NCBI RefSeq assembly: GCF_009914755.1
Contig: NC_060934.1
Strand: one strand, 5' to 3'
Origin: the human T2T-CHM13v2.0 reference genome, Homo sapiens
Length of the DNA stretch: 64,000 nucleotides
The notes beneath the pieces are model-generated. The model had not been told where the DNA came from. It made no database searches and worked only from the letters and a program-made list of their open reading frames with translations. Made by a program: the position numbers and the translations under genes. The number at the start of each line of letters is the position of its first letter. Position 1 is the first letter of the stretch. This document shows, piece after piece, positions 12,618 to 28,280 of the stretch.

Positions 12618-13489
12618 CTAGAGGAGTGGAAAGTGAAAGACTGTTATTTTTTTCCCACTTGGAGAATTTATTATTGAGCACGTTTGCACTCACATAATCA
12701 AAGTACACATCAATTCAGTCTTTATCACTTTGAAACCTTTCAAAGATGACTTTCAATTCTAAAATCCCAACTTCAGGAAGCGTAAGCAGAACAACACAAA
12801 GTTGACAGCAAGGGACTAACGTGGAAGTCCAGGCAAGTGATAAAGAACAGAAGAAAACACTGACTGAAACCAACTCCCTGGTGCCTCCTTGGGATGTCTG
12901 TTAAGACATGAGTACTGAACATCCACTGGGTGGAAATGACAAGACACATAAAATCTGCGACTGAGCTCCATCAATGAGTTGTTTAAAATGGTGGTGAGAA
13001 TTTTCCCGGCGCAGATTTGCTTTACATCAGATTTAAAAGACCCCAAATACCGCGTCCCATCCCTTCCTCTGCCCTCTCAGCTTCCTCCACTACTGCCTCA
13101 ATGGCTGACCCCTTCCCACGAAAACCACACAAGGACCTCTGTGCCCCAAAGACTTCCTGCCCTCGCCTCCCAGCCTCAGGAACCACATTCTGGACCTCCC
13201 CATGCAGGCAGCAAGGCCACGCCACACACGCAGTTGATAACCACAGGACAGACACTGATTAAGTGGTGACTTCACGTGGAGACCTAGGACTCTAGGATGG
13301 CCAAGACATTCCCATTTCCCTGGACAGGTTATGTGGTCTAACAAGTCACATGACACACATTCATCTCAATGGATAATTTAATGGAATGCAAAGACTCCCC
13401 CAAGGGCCTTGTATTACATAACCTGGAAAGGAGTTAAGAAATAGTCTTGACTAATTCCTTCATTTACAGAAAACCAAAAACTAGTCTTG

Positions 13490-14720
13490 CCTAAGATGGC
13501 CTAACAGTGGAAAACTCTGTGGAACCTTGGGCCAAACCCTCTAGGGCAAGGACGGCACAAACCTTTAGGATTCTGGAGCAAATCCCTATTATCTCCTACA
13601 GAAAACTTTCTGGAAATAGCTCCTGGCTTTCTACTGGTGCCTTGCGGAGACTGCAGGCCAGACTATGGGACATGGATGAGTACTGAGCCACAGGTGGGGC
13701 ATGAGTCCTGACAACCCAACCTCCTGTAGGAACAGGGGGCTTGGTGCTCCTTGTCCTGGATCCATGCCTGTGGCCTCACAGGGAGAGAGGGTCCTGGGCC
13801 TGCATTATGGACAGCCACCCCAGTACACACCTGGCTCAGCACCACTCCCTAATAGGGGGTGCTCCCAAAACCCAGGGAGCTGAACTCCTACTCCGCTGCG
13901 CCAGGATTCAGAAGTAGTGGAAAGGTGGGGCTACAATGACCCATGAGCAGAGCTAGGGATGCAACCAGATGAGAGTCTTCAGTGGGACAGGACTCAACTG
14001 GCCCTGGGGACCTGGGAGGGGTGTGAGACGGATGGTGTCAGCACCTGCTTGCCCAGAGGCATTGCCCTGAGCGCTGGACAGAGGGACAGCAGCCACATGG
14101 GCAGAGGACATCCCGCAGGGCTCGGCACAGGGCATCCCTCCGCCAAGGGCAGCCTGCTCGTCACTACCGGCTGGGACGCAGGGGCACCCATCCCTTGGAA
14201 CACAGCGGTGTCCAGGACACAGACCTGCCTGCCATGGGGTCCTATCCCAGTCACCATCAGTGGGCCCAGCCAACACTCCCCCACACCCTCACTGGGCTCC
14301 ACGTAACCCGTGTCAGACCCAGAAGCCCACCTGCAGCCGTAGAACACTGTCAGCTGTCAGTGCCCATCATGCAGAGAGCAGGTTGGCTGAGCCAAGGCTC
14401 AGTGACAGGGCCATGGTGGGTTACAGCTCACAAGGGGTAGCAAGGGACCCAGGGTGGTCCCAGCACCATAGAGGAAACATCACTGTGACACCCGCGACTC
14501 TGAATGCAGTGGTGTGAAGGCCTGAGACCCTGAAGAGGTGTGCTTCCCCCAGCTGATCCTAACAGTAGCTCCACCAAGGCAGCCACCTGGCGCCTGGGGC
14601 TCCTCATGCCATTCAACCCAGCTGGGCCGTGCCCTGCCATGGCCGCCATGCAAGGGTAGGGACATGTGTCTGGACTCTGGTAAGGGGTTCTCCAGGACAT
14701 CTTAGCACTTTGGTCCAATA
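13490..14720 (+). mobile_element. Degraded ERVL/MaLR-type internal (pol) fragment
   Basis: 'ttaggattctggagcaaatcc...gctcctggctttctactggtgccttgcggagactg' resembles the ERVL RT-RNaseH segment as I recall it; the right boundary is uncertain. Confidence 0.45.
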
Positions 14721-14939
14721 GAGAAAGTTAATGGAAACAAAACAAACCCTCCCAAAAAGGGGAGGTGGAGGCATGGCTGCTGTGGATCAGGTTCTCAGGG
14801 CAAGCAAGGCCTGGCACACCTCCCTGCAAAACAGCACAAGCTCTTTCTCAAGACAGAGGGAAGGAGGAGGTTACGAAGGTCAGCTCTGGCTTCAGAACCC
14901 ATCGCAGAAACAGGCTGCAGGAGTTGCATGCGCTTTCCC

Positions 14940-15047
14940 TGCCCACCACTTCCTAAACCACTCCCTAAACCACTGGTGCGTGCTTCCTAAACCACTCCCT
15001 GCCCACCGTGCCCATGCTGGTGTGCGCTTCCTAAACCACTCCCTGCC
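14940..15047. repeat. Short imperfect tandem repeat (cttcctaaaccactccct x3)
   Basis: Seen directly. Confidence 0.85.
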
Positions 15048-15982
15048 GCAGTGCTCAGGTCTCAGGTGGGAGGACAGTTGTCCTCCCTTGGTGGGGAGAG
15101 AGAGGGTCTCCATTGGTGCAAGATCTGCATCTGTCAGGCAAAAGCATAAACTTGTTACAGTTGCATTTGGAAGTTCAAGTATTGTTGAAGGGTATCCTGG
15201 GTAGACCACATTCGTCAGCAAGCTTTGGACTCTCAGCTTCAAAGCCACCTGTATACATTTTGTGAGGTAGCTGGAATTCAACAAGCCCCACTTTCATTTG
15301 CCAGGAAACTCCTTGTGACGCTCGTATGAACAAGGCACACTGAAGAGCACAGGAGGCTGAGGCCGGGGGGCCTTGTCCATCTAGTCTGCCTCCTTCCACA
15401 CCGTGCCCACAATTGATGCCCCTCAGAGGGAGCCACATGGCCTTGATGAGTAGGGCTCTGTCCCAAGTCTGAGCCCCAGCTCTGCAACCCTCCTCCCTCC
15501 AAGCGTCTGGGTCTTAAGAACCCCAAACTGAGACCCAGGGCTAGCAACTGCTCCCTGAAGTCACTGACTCTCCATGACACGGTGGGCCCCTTTTGGCTTT
15601 GCATCTCCAAGGCCTGTTGAGCCAACCTGATGCCATGTTTCCTGTGAGACACAGGCCAGTGCCAGCTCTCCCAGACCATGGTGCCTTCCAATGCCACTGC
15701 ACAATCCCTGCAGGAACTCCTATGTGCTCATTGAATCATTATGGGCAGGAATGAGATGCTTCTGATGCCTCTTCATGTTGAATTCTCACTGCACAGAGGG
15801 TGTGCACTGTGGCAGGCAGGAAGAGGAGCTTGCACGTCAGGGATGGTGCTGTACACATTGTATATAGAACACCCTGAAAAAGCTCAGGTATTTGAGTCAC
15901 TTGTTTGTCACTTATGAGAGGAAAATCCTGACGGTCCTTACCAAGGCAAGGACTGAGAAGATCAACTGGCCTTATCAACAAT

Positions 15983-16299
15983 GGGCAGGTGCGGTGGCTC
16001 ATGCCTGTAATCCCACCACTATGGAAGGCTGAGGCAGGAGGATGGCTCTAGGCCAGGAGTTCAAGACCAGCCTGGGCAACACAGCGAGATCCTGTCTCTA
16101 CAAAATATTTAAAAACTAGCCAGGCATGGTGGTGTGCATTTGAAGTCCTAGCTTCTCAGCATGCTGAGGCAATAGGATTGCTTGAACCCAGAAGTTCAAG
16201 GCTGTAGTGAGCCATGATCATGCCAACGTACCCCAGCCTGGGCAACGGAGTGAGACCCTGTCTTAAAAACAAACAAACAAACAAACAAACAAACAAAAA
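15983..16299 (+). mobile_element. Alu (AluJ-like) with (AAAC)n tail
   Basis: Diverged dimer with 'aagaccagcctgggcaac' and 'gagccatgatcatgcca'. Confidence 0.92.
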
Positions 16300-16836
16300 C
16301 CTACTACAGGATTGATGCCAAAAAAATGTTAAACAAAACCAAAAATGGTGGGCAGGAAGCACAGCTAAGACCCGTCCTGGCTAGTCTCAACCCTCCAATG
16401 AGATGAGACTGCAATGCTGATCTGCCTGGTTACCCGCTCCAGGCTCCACCTGCAGTGCCTGGTGCACACCCAGCTGGAGGGCGCCAGGCCAGCAGCCATG
16501 GGGCAGAGCCTGGACACCGCCCTTGCAGAGGGGCCTGGTGAGCCAGGGGTGCTGCCAAGAGGAGACTGCAGGCACATGGGATGGAGTCTATGGCTATTGA
16601 GCTCCAGTGTTTCTACAAATAATGATCTAAAACAACTACAGTTCTCACTGAACCATTTCATATTCCAAAAAAGATGAAGCCATTTAAGTCTTAGCAATTA
16701 TATAAAACCCTTATGTTTATAGCCTTCAGTTAGATTTTCTGTGACATATTTAAAGACAATTACAAAACATATCTAAATTAAATAATTTTTAAAATATTAG
16801 TTTATGATGTTACACAGTAACTGCTCAACAACTCAC

Positions 16837-17088
16837 CTTCCCCTCCCTAAACCAGGAGAGGATTCGAGACTGCCTGGCTCCACACGCCCAGGCCCAGCCT
16901 CTCTCTTGGCATATGCTGAAGGGTTTTGAATCCGTGTTCTAGTTTGACCTGCTTGCCTTGTTTGTGGACTCCGGACACCATTAATTAATCGATCTGCAGT
17001 GAAGTTAAATATTGAAGGACTTTCTAATAACCCAGGTCCCCTCTCTGCACTAGGAATCGCATGCCGCAGATGAGATTTACTAGGATTC
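16837..17088 (-). CDS. LARP4B: LARP4B exon NPSKSH...GLGRGR
   Basis: Acceptor acag|G; donor AG|gtgagt; 252 nt. Confidence 0.96.
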
Positions 17089-17535
17089 CTGTAAATAAAA
17101 ATGGTTTTATGTGTTGAGTTATAAAATGATCAAGGCATTACATAACATGCATACTGACATGGAATAGCTAAGCTGAAATCTGCTCTCTGTTTAATAAAGT
17201 ATAAAAATAGGATTTGGAATGGTTAACTCCTAACATATAGGATAATGCAAATCTATTAACAATGTGCCACAATTCTGCTTAGCTGTTTTTCAGTCCAGGC
17301 CCAAATTAAAATCAGGCACACCTGATGTGTACAAGTTGCCCCAAAGCCTCCTCTCAGAGAATCTGAGGCGGGCACCCATGCCAGATTGTAGTGCTTAGTC
17401 TTTACAGAATGCAGCTGTGTGCTTCAGGTGGCTCTGTCTGCGAGGAGCAGGACTAGTGATCAAAGCTCTCTCATCCCAACTCCGGAAGGGCAGTAGCGTA
17501 AAGACCAAAACTGCTAAGACCGCCCCGGAACTTGC

Positions 17536-17642
17536 CTGCTTCGAGGAGGATACTGTCTGAGAGAAGTCAGAGGAGACGCCGCAGGCTTGAACGCTGGAGA
17601 CGTAAACCCATTTATAAATCCAGTATTTGGAAATGGAGTTAC
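17536..17642 (-). CDS. LARP4B: LARP4B exon VTPFPN...PPRSR (GC donor)
   Basis: Acceptor ctag|GTA; donor CAG|gcaagt (non-canonical GC); 107 nt; phase 2 matches the next exon. Confidence 0.92.
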
Positions 17643-18764
17643 CTAGATTCATTTGAAAACAGACAAGTAAATAAACCATAAAACAGACTTCAATTTCATT
17701 AATACCAACAAATCTGTGGAAACTGAGGGCATTTCTTGATGTTGTCAGAGTCATGACCCATGCTGAGACATGTATTTTACAATTTTATCACCAATGGGTG
17801 CTGTTTAGAAGTAGGCTGGAGCTTTTGTGCATCCTTTCAGCCAATCCTTACAACAATCCAGCGAGGAGAACTGACACATGCGGAAGCAGGCACTGAGAGG
17901 AAAGACGTGGTCAAGAGCGCATGGGCTCCAACAAGTGTTGTAACCTTTAGCATGTCAGTCTGATACGACCTCCATCACTGGCAGGAAGTCAACAGTTCTT
18001 GATTCCTGATGGCTTTAATACAACTCATCAACATTCTCAATCTTAGGAGCACCTGCACACCCACTGCTGCTCACTCGGCTTCATCCAACCACAGCCTGAC
18101 AGGGCCTTTACCTTTACCCCGACACAAGTCCTGCTCTGCAGATCAGGGTATTTTCAGATCATCATTATTCCCCAAGTCACAAGGTAAGTATGGCATGCAA
18201 ATATACTAACATAAGATTCAGAAGAAATTAGAAAGGGTCACAGAACCCCTAAAAGATCTTAAGTAGTTAAAAATATTGAGCATAGAATTTTAAGTATCGG
18301 CCAACTATTTTTAAAATCTAGACACATACAAAAATAAGATAAAACTTATTGTTAAAACAGTTCCTTTAAAAACAAACAAACAAACAAAACTCAAGACCAT
18401 TCATTCTAATTCTCTGGCTTCTGGACCCATGGTTTCCAATACGTTCTGCATCACTGATATCTCGCTCCTTATGCTCCTGACACAGGGCACTTAGTTCCTG
18501 AGGGCCTTCCAGTCCACACCCTCAATGTCACTAAAGTGACAGAGATACGCATAGAGCCCTCCTTGTTTGGAGGAAGAGAGAAAGGAAAGGAAAAAAGCAA
18601 GTAATTCTCCTTAATTAGAGCTAACTGGAAGATATAACAGAAAAAGAATATTATAGCTTAGGACTAAAATAAAATCATACAAAAGGGAAGTTAGAATCTT
18701 CAATTTGCTACTTGAGAAACTCTTCACTCTGTAAGAATCGGACTTTTTAAAATACATCACACAT

Positions 18765-19065
<301 letters not shown>

Positions 19066-21156
19066 TCACACTTGAAGAGCCATGAATGCAGACCTGGATC
19101 TGAGGCTGTAAATCATGGGCAGAGCAATGAGGACTAATCATTTCCAGCAAGTCATTTTACAGACAGAGCCCTGATATTCCAGTAATTTTGCTCAAGATAA
19201 AAAATAAAATTGGTCATATATAAAAAATAAAGTTGATTATTAATGCGTTCCTATTATTACTTGTTGGGGATTAATAGGCACAATCTCTTCAGCTGCAGAA
19301 CAAAGGACGCACATGTTTTAGCACAAGTAAAAGGCTGCGATGGAGAGCCCCAGTATCACAGACTCAGAGCAGGACCAGCTGTCTGGCACACACCGCAACC
19401 TGAACATACAACATAAGTCAAGGCCATAAGCTGACCCAGAACCCCAAGGATCCCCGAGAGGGTCAACCATGATTAAAGAAACGGAAGAAGCAACTGCTGC
19501 AGGAAGAACTGAAAGGACTAGCATGGCAAGCCACGTGCAGCGATGATTCTTCAACACCCAGAGCCTACGGACTCAAGTCTCTCTGAGGTTCTCTCATGAT
19601 ATGCTTTTGGGAAAACGAAGTATTCAGCTATGGGTACACTTTTATAGAATGTGCTACTTCAAAAAGCCAGAAACTTTTCTTACCATCAGGACTTACTCAA
19701 AAGAGACAGAAGTAACTTTACCAAAGGTTCTTACACTGCAGTGGTTCCAGACTCAGGGGGAATTGGGGTCCTCTGAAAATCTCTCCCTGTCCCCACCTGC
19801 CCTTCACACGGCCTTAGGAGCTATTTTCTAAATGGAGTATGGTTTCATTTCTCCGCTTAGAAACCTCAGACACCTTCCCACAAGCACTAGGCCAAAGCCC
19901 ACATGCCTCAGGACAGCTAAGCACCTGCGCAGTTAGGCCTGGAAACTGCCAGCTCGTTCCCCAACTCCCTGCCACCCGGTGTACGCTTCAGCTCAGACAC
20001 CCATGAATCTACGACCATCTTCTGTTCATGAAACTTCTCTTTGATTCCTTCTGAAAAACTCATACTTAACCTGAAAAGCTCAACCTAGATGACAACACAA
20101 TCCCTGATAAGACCTGTCAGTGTTCTGGCATTCTGTACACGTGTCTCCTTGGCATGTTTGACTTTTCCAGCCTGAGTTGTTTCATGGACCCGTATCTTTA
20201 CTTTCCGTGTATACAGGCACTTGTTTTCTCAAGTTCTCTCTGCTCTGCACCTACCCTCCTTTTCTGCCTGTCAGCGGTGACATCCCTGCACATCAGGGTG
20301 CCTGGCTCCCAGCCATCCGACCCTGAGGACCACTCAGTCTTTCCCTTAGTCCACAGCGAAACCCTGGACATGAACTCTTCTCAAAGTTACTAACTCAATT
20401 TCTGCTTTCTGACCATAACCTTCTATGTATGCTACCCTTCAATCTCTCCAATTCCAACTAACCTGCATTGCTACCTCATGCAAACCTCTAGGCCATGAAC
20501 CCATCTTCACTTCTCAACTAGACTTCAGCTTCAAGGACATGCTCATCCGTGTATTGCTGACTCTCGTGCATCCAATGCCACCAAACTCATGCTAATTCCC
20601 ACCCAGAATGCACTTGATCTTTCAAGCATCTATAGCAGCACACAAAGAGACAATGTCTAGATCCAGTACAGACTTATGAATTCCAACCATAGGCCTTAAC
20701 AAAGGCCAAAATCCATAAAAATTAATCCTGTCGACCAACTCTAATGCTGGTGAGAAGTGAGTAAAATAAGGCTGGTAAAACAGCAGGCCTTCTCCTTGGC
20801 CTTGCTGTCAGAAGCCTATTAAACACCTCTTCCTCCTCAGTTAATCCCCCTTGCATTGTACTCTGTGTAGGGGACGCCAGGTACACTACAGCACTTATCG
20901 CCCTCTGCGTCTTGCTAAGAGCTGCATGACAAGAGGGGAGACGGGCTGTGCAAGGATTGTGCTCACAGCAATCCAAAGTTCTTTATGCATAAGCTCTGTT
21001 CTCAGCTACATTTAAAATCCCCCACATAACTTGAAGGTCTGTTTTAGTATGTCAGACTGCACACATATCTGGCTTCCTATTAGATGAGGATTTTAATCCT
21101 TCAAATTATCTAGCATAGTGTCTACAACATAAATTCCTAGTAAAGAAATGACGTAC

Positions 21157-21366
21157 CAAGGGTGGGTCAAGATAGCTGTGCGTTGCTGACCACGTCTGGG
21201 GAGTGATCAGGCTGTACAGGGGGAACTGCTGCTGGGGGCTGTACATGGGAGGGAAGTAGAACGACGTCGCGTAGCGCTGCTGGGCATACAGGCTCACGTC
21301 CAGGGGTCTAAATCCATTCTTTGGCAAAAATGTGTTTATAGCTATTGCCTTTGCTTTTATCCGTGC
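21157..21366 (-). CDS. LARP4B: LARP4B exon ARIKAK...LDPPL
   Basis: Acceptor acag|GCA; donor TTG|gtacgt; 210 nt; preceded by an 86-nt intron. Confidence 0.96.
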
Positions 21367-21452
21367 CTGTTTGAAAATATGTAAGTTTCTATTAGAATAC
21401 TTAAGAACATCAATTTGCAAATAAACAAAGTATAACCAATGGTCTTGCTTAC

Positions 21453-21506
21453 CTTAATTGGTTTTCCTTGAAAAGTTTTGACTTCTTCTCGAAGGTATTT
21501 GTAAGC
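21453..21506 (-). CDS. LARP4B: LARP4B exon AYKYLREEVKTFQGKPIK (RRM)
   Basis: Acceptor ttag|GCT; donor AAG|gtaagc; 54 nt. Confidence 0.96.
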
Positions 21507-22638
21507 CTAAGGGCAAAATTAAGTACAAAATTCCATTCGATTAACCTTATGAATAAGAGGCACCAATAGTTCACTCAATAGCTCAAATAGGGAAATATAT
21601 AATTAAATTATGGTGAACAGAACCTAGAATAATGATTCTTGACACTCCCTGGGTCACAGATCCCTTAAAATAACCTCATAAGAGCTATGGAACGTGTACC
21701 CCAAATTCTCACAAACAAGATTTGTACACAATTTTGTAAGTATTAACAGATGCCATAGAAGTCTCCCAAAGACCACTGGCTAAGAACCTTGACCTGGTGG
21801 AAAATGATGAATACTGAGTTCCTAGTATTCATCCCAATTTCAGATTAGGAGAATGCAGTTCAGGAAATACCAGACAGGAAGGAAAAGGATTAGGATCATA
21901 ACATCCAAAAGTCATTCTTGATATATCTCCTTGTTCTTCTCCATGTTAATTCTACATTAAACCCCTATAAAACTGTGAAGGCCCTGCACCTGATTCAATA
22001 TCATCCGACCACATTCGCCACACGGGCTGGCAGAGCTCACACTCCACTCCACAAAAATGGTTACTCTATCTTCCGTTCCCCTTTTCCCCCTCCATCCAAT
22101 TAAAACCCATCTTTCAGGTTTCTGTGTTTTCTTTTCTGAACCCCACATACTGTTTATACCATTTAACACTTTATAATATGTGCGTTAGTTTCCTCACAAA
22201 TAAGATGCTTCCCTTAAAAGCAGGAAAACTACTAACTCCTCACGCCTCCTTACAGAGCTTACTTCTCAATACCATTAAAAGCATCTTCCAAAATACAATG
22301 AAGTCTGCTGGGAGATGAAGATTAGGTTCAAATTTCCCCCCAAACACTTTGCAAATAGTAAAACTTCTCTGCCCAGATAGAAGAACAAAACTGATTTTCC
22401 TAGGTTGCTTAGCTTGTTGTCCTTAGAAAGTAAAATCACATGCTTTTTATATTGCTATAAAAATTGTCCATACAAATACACTCAAATATTTAAGTTTCTA
22501 CAACTTGATTTCCTCTGCAGATTATATTCAAACTTACCATCACAAGTAATCTCAATGCCCAAGTTTAGTCCCAACATGCACTAATAGTAAAAACTGGTAA
22601 ACTATGCAATTCATAGGGTGATGGTGGAAAGAACTTAC

Positions 22639-22749
22639 CTGTTGTGCATCAGCTTCTGTTTCAAATGTAATAAACCAATTATCATTATATGCAAATTCAC
22701 AGTTTATAAATTTTGGTAAATTATCTCCTTTAAATAGTGCTTCTACTTC
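22639..22749 (-). CDS. LARP4B: LARP4B exon EVEALF...DAQQ (RRM)
   Basis: Acceptor gtag|GAA; donor CAG|gtaagt; 111 nt. Confidence 0.96.
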
Positions 22750-23780
22750 CTACAGGAAATAGAGATGTTAGAAATTAATTCTCAACAATGTCAGTTTTTG
22801 TCCTCACCAAAAATTTTTTTAACAAATGCATTCTCTTAAGGAACTATCCTTAAACAAACGTACCATGATGCCTAGTAAATCTCTCTTCCAAAAAGGATGA
22901 GGGTTCAGCAGGGCTTCCAGAATCAGAATCACAATGCCATAGAGAAAAGCAGTCACACAACTTACAGCTTCCCCTACTCTCAAGATACCATTAAGCTAGA
23001 TTAATGTGAAAACTATCATATCATGTTCTGGGCTGATAACTGCACAACTTTTTTTTTTTTTTTTTTTTTAAAGGCAATTTAAGAAAAAAAATTTGCTTGG
23101 ACTTTTGCTTCTGGCCATGATGGACTAGATTTACTCTCCCAGATGACTCAATTAAAAAACCAAAGACAAAATACATGAAGAACAGTTTCAGGCCCTGAAC
23201 CCCAGCGTGAACACGAGTGTGATCCCTGAGAGGGACATGAACAGGGGAGTTGGCCTTCAGTGCCTGGGCCGCAGAGCCGGCAGGGTAAGCCTGCAGATGG
23301 CCTTCCCCACATCTTCAGCCTGGGAAACAACCGCCTGAGGGATGAGAGGGAACAAGCCCAGGGAAGGCTCACCAAGAGAGGAATGGTTTGTTTTCCCACC
23401 GGCCACAGTGGAAAACTCTCCTAAACACACAGGATAGCAGGGACAGTGCTCAGAAGGGCACTGCTTCCGCAGTGGGGAAAATGAGCCCTAGAGAAAAGGC
23501 TGCTCTGATTCCACCTAGAAAGTTGGTTCCAGGTAACTTCACTGCATTTCAAAACAAAGCTCAAGAATATTTATTAGAATACAAAAATATTCAGTAAAGT
23601 AAAATTTAAAACTCCGAGCATCTCCTCAAAAATCACAAAGCATGCAAAGAAATAGAAAATATGACCTATAATGCAAAAGATTAGACCTAGAAATGACAGA
23701 TACGATAGACTTAATACACATAACACATTTACTGCATATATATTCCATATCCCATAAAAGGTAAAGACTGAGCATATTAA

Positions 23781-24114
<334 letters not shown>

Positions 24115-24916
24115 AGATTTTTTTTAAAAGACCAAAATCAAACTTTACTGGAGATGAAAAATACAATGTCTGAAATTAAAACTACACTAAATAAGATTAA
24201 CAGCTGACTAGACACTTTCTGAAGAAAAGGACAAAAGGCAGAGGAAAACATTTAACAAAATAATGGCTCGATAAATTTCAGGTACGAGAAGTTTGAAAAC
24301 TACACCAAAGCATATTGCAATCAACTTGCTTAAAACCAGTAGTAAAATCTTCACAGCAGCCAGAGAAAGACTTATTACATACAGAAGGATGGTGATAAAA
24401 ACCACAGAAAACGTATACCAGAAGAGAGAGTATCTTTAAAACACAGAAAGGGAGGAAAAAACCCCCTCAATCCAGAAATCTATATGCAGCAAAAATACCT
24501 TTCATAAATAAAGGTGAAATAAGATTTTCCCAAACATACTAAAGCTGAAAAAAATTCATCATCGGCAGACCTGTACAAGACATGCTAAAGGAATGTCCAG
24601 GCAGAAGGAAAGTCCAGATTGACATAAAGGAATGAGAAGGACTGTAAATGGCAAATACTGAATAAATATAAAACATGTTTTTCTTATTTTTAATCTCTTT
24701 TTAAAAGTGACTTGTTTAAAGCAAACGTAACAACGATGTATTGTGAGGCTTATGACTGTGTAGAATTAGAATGTGTGACAACAGCACAGGCTAGAAGTGG
24801 AGAATGGGAGAGCATGGCTGTAAATGGGAGAGCATGGCTGTAAGGTAAAGAGGCATGGTGCTCTGTGAATTACACGGACTCTAGTAAAGTTAGAGGGTCA
24901 GCTAAAAACCCTAAAG

Positions 24917-25017
24917 AAAGGGGGTCCAATATTTTGGCTTCCCTGGGACACAATGGAAGTAGAAGAATTGTCTTGGGCCACACATAAAATACACTAACAC
25001 TAACGATAGCTGATGAG

Positions 25018-25061
<44 letters not shown>

Positions 25062-25151
25062 CAAAATGTTTGAAGAAAGTTTACGCATTTGTGTTGAGCT
25101 GCATACAAAGCCGTCCTGGGCGGCATGCCGCCCACGGGCTGAAGAAGCATG
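24917..25151 (+). mobile_element. MER30 (hAT-Charlie MITE)
   Basis: 'ggtccaatattttggcttccctggg...gaattgtcttgggccacacataaaatacactaacactaacgatagctgatgagct'; 8-bp TSD ccctaaag at 24909-24916 and 25152-25159. Confidence 0.9.
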
Positions 25152-25383
25152 CCCTAAAGCACCACTAAAAAACAGAAACACAGAGTTATACCTAATATGC
25201 CAAAAAAGGAGATAAAAATACACATTTAATCCCAAACAAAAGGAGGGGAAAGGGAAAGAAAATAAAGAAGAGACAAAACAGAAAACAAACAGCAAGATGA
25301 TAAATTTAAATTTAATCACATCATTACATCATTAACCTCTTAAATGTAGATGGGCTACACTCCCAATTAAAAGACAGAAATTG

Positions 25384-25730
<347 letters not shown>

Positions 25731-26590
25731 TCACAAGAAATCCACTTTAAATATGAAAACACAAATGGGTTGGTTAAAAGAGGATAGAAAAGACATACCA
25801 TACTAATGTCAATCAAGGAACGTGAGAGTGGCTATATTCATTCCAAATTCCAGAGGAAAAACAGCAACAAGGAAAAACAGGGCCATTCCATAAAAAATTA
25901 CTAGCCAGGTACACCTCAAAAAGTACAAAAGGAATTTGACAACCAAATGAACTACAAAAACGGTTTCCAGGGATTCTAATGCCCTATGTTGTTGTCCCAT
26001 CACTGGTAAATGCTTACTGGTTAAAAGATAAAACACATCAACGCAAAGTCATACTTGACTAACGGTAAATTAGGATTATGACTTTTAAAGTCAAACAATA
26101 ATACTTTAAGGCCACTAGACTATCAGTCTACTAGTGGCAAGAATGGTTGACTCCTCTGCCTCTGGGAAAATCCTATTTTTAAGAAAATCAGAATCAGTAT
26201 TTAAAATGTACTAATCACTGACAAGTACCTAGTGACATTTAAAGAATAATTTTCTGGAAACTCCTAGCCTACATTTCTAAGACCCAGTAGAAGGGCTCTA
26301 TAATAATTATACAGAGTCCTTGGGAACTTATGTTCTTACGTGGATTGTTTTAGGCTACTTATTTTCCTTCCTTTTTTTCCCCAACTTTTAATTTATCAAA
26401 GAGTTTCCTTTAAACCTTCTCTCTTAAGACTTTCATTGCTCAAGTTTTACAAAAGACATAAGGTCAGCAGTTTTGAATAATATAAATACTCCAAAATCAA
26501 TGTCTACTGCTAAATGCAGAAAATTCTCCTTGGTTAAAGTTTTACAAACATTTCAAGTCTTAAAAATTAGGATCTATGTTTTAAATATTA

Positions 26591-26866
<276 letters not shown>

Positions 26867-27471
26867 TTAATAAAAATAGGAGGAAAAAACTATAATCCTA
26901 AGTTGTTTTTCTCCACATACTACAATATAGAACTAGTAAAGACAGGCTAAGTGGAACAGAAGGTAAAACTTGCTAGAATAAGACCATACTTCTATGAGAG
27001 TAATAGAATTTCTTACGCTAGGCAGAGAGCTTTGTTGGAATCCTGCCCTTTCTCACATGCTAGGGTTGTTTTCCTTAAGAAACTCTCACACACACTAACC
27101 CACTCGGACTGAAAAGCCTGAACCGCAACGTCCATCTCCTCTGCAGAGAAGGTGTGTGGAAAGAGGTAGCATGAACGACGAGGCTGAAATCATGTGAGAG
27201 ATGAGACCAACAACAAACCCAGGCTTCCTGTGTTCTGCGAGTCCCCAAAGCAGGCAGATTCCGTTTTCTGAGGTAGGATAAACTAAGTTGCCAGCACCTT
27301 CTACAAAGACTTTACCTCATGATCTCAAGGTGTGACCATCAGTGTGTTTACTACACAAAGCAACTCAGTTTAGGCATCTGGACAAACAGTAGATTTTATA
27401 GCAACACATAACAGTAAATGGCTTTTCATTACTTTTAAGCTATCAGATACTGTGGTTCCCTAAAATTACTG

Positions 27472-27816
<345 letters not shown>

Positions 27817-28176
27817 TCATAGAAATACTTGTTTTGAAAAGTTTTTTTTATCACAAAAGTGCTCTTTTTCATTATTTATGGGTTTACTAATCTTATTTTT
27901 AAATAAATATTTAAATGTGTTATTTTTAATTTCTAAATATAGAAATGCATAAACCTTCACTATCTTATTATAAGGAGTCCTGAGATCAAAAGGTTTGGTT
28001 ATCATTCCCTCCTACTCTGTAACTCACTGTGTGTAAATCCTGGGAAAACAGTGTTAATGTAAGTACTCAGTCTAAAAAACACACAGCCCAAAAAAACACA
28101 AAAGTAAAATAAAATCAAAACCAACAAAGACCTTTGGGAAAATGTCCAAGTAACCTTCAGAGGAGAAATTACTTAC

Positions 28177-28280
28177 TTCCACGGGGGTAGATTCAGATAT
28201 TTCACGCAATATTACTATGCAGCGATTTTGATTTGGCCTTACTTTTTCTCCCTTTTCATCCACTTGGACTAAAGGTAAAG
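28177..28280 (-). CDS. LARP4B: LARP4B exon LPLVQ...STPVE (La motif end, RRM start)
   Basis: Acceptor gtag|CT; donor GAA|gtaagt; 104 nt. Confidence 0.96.
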
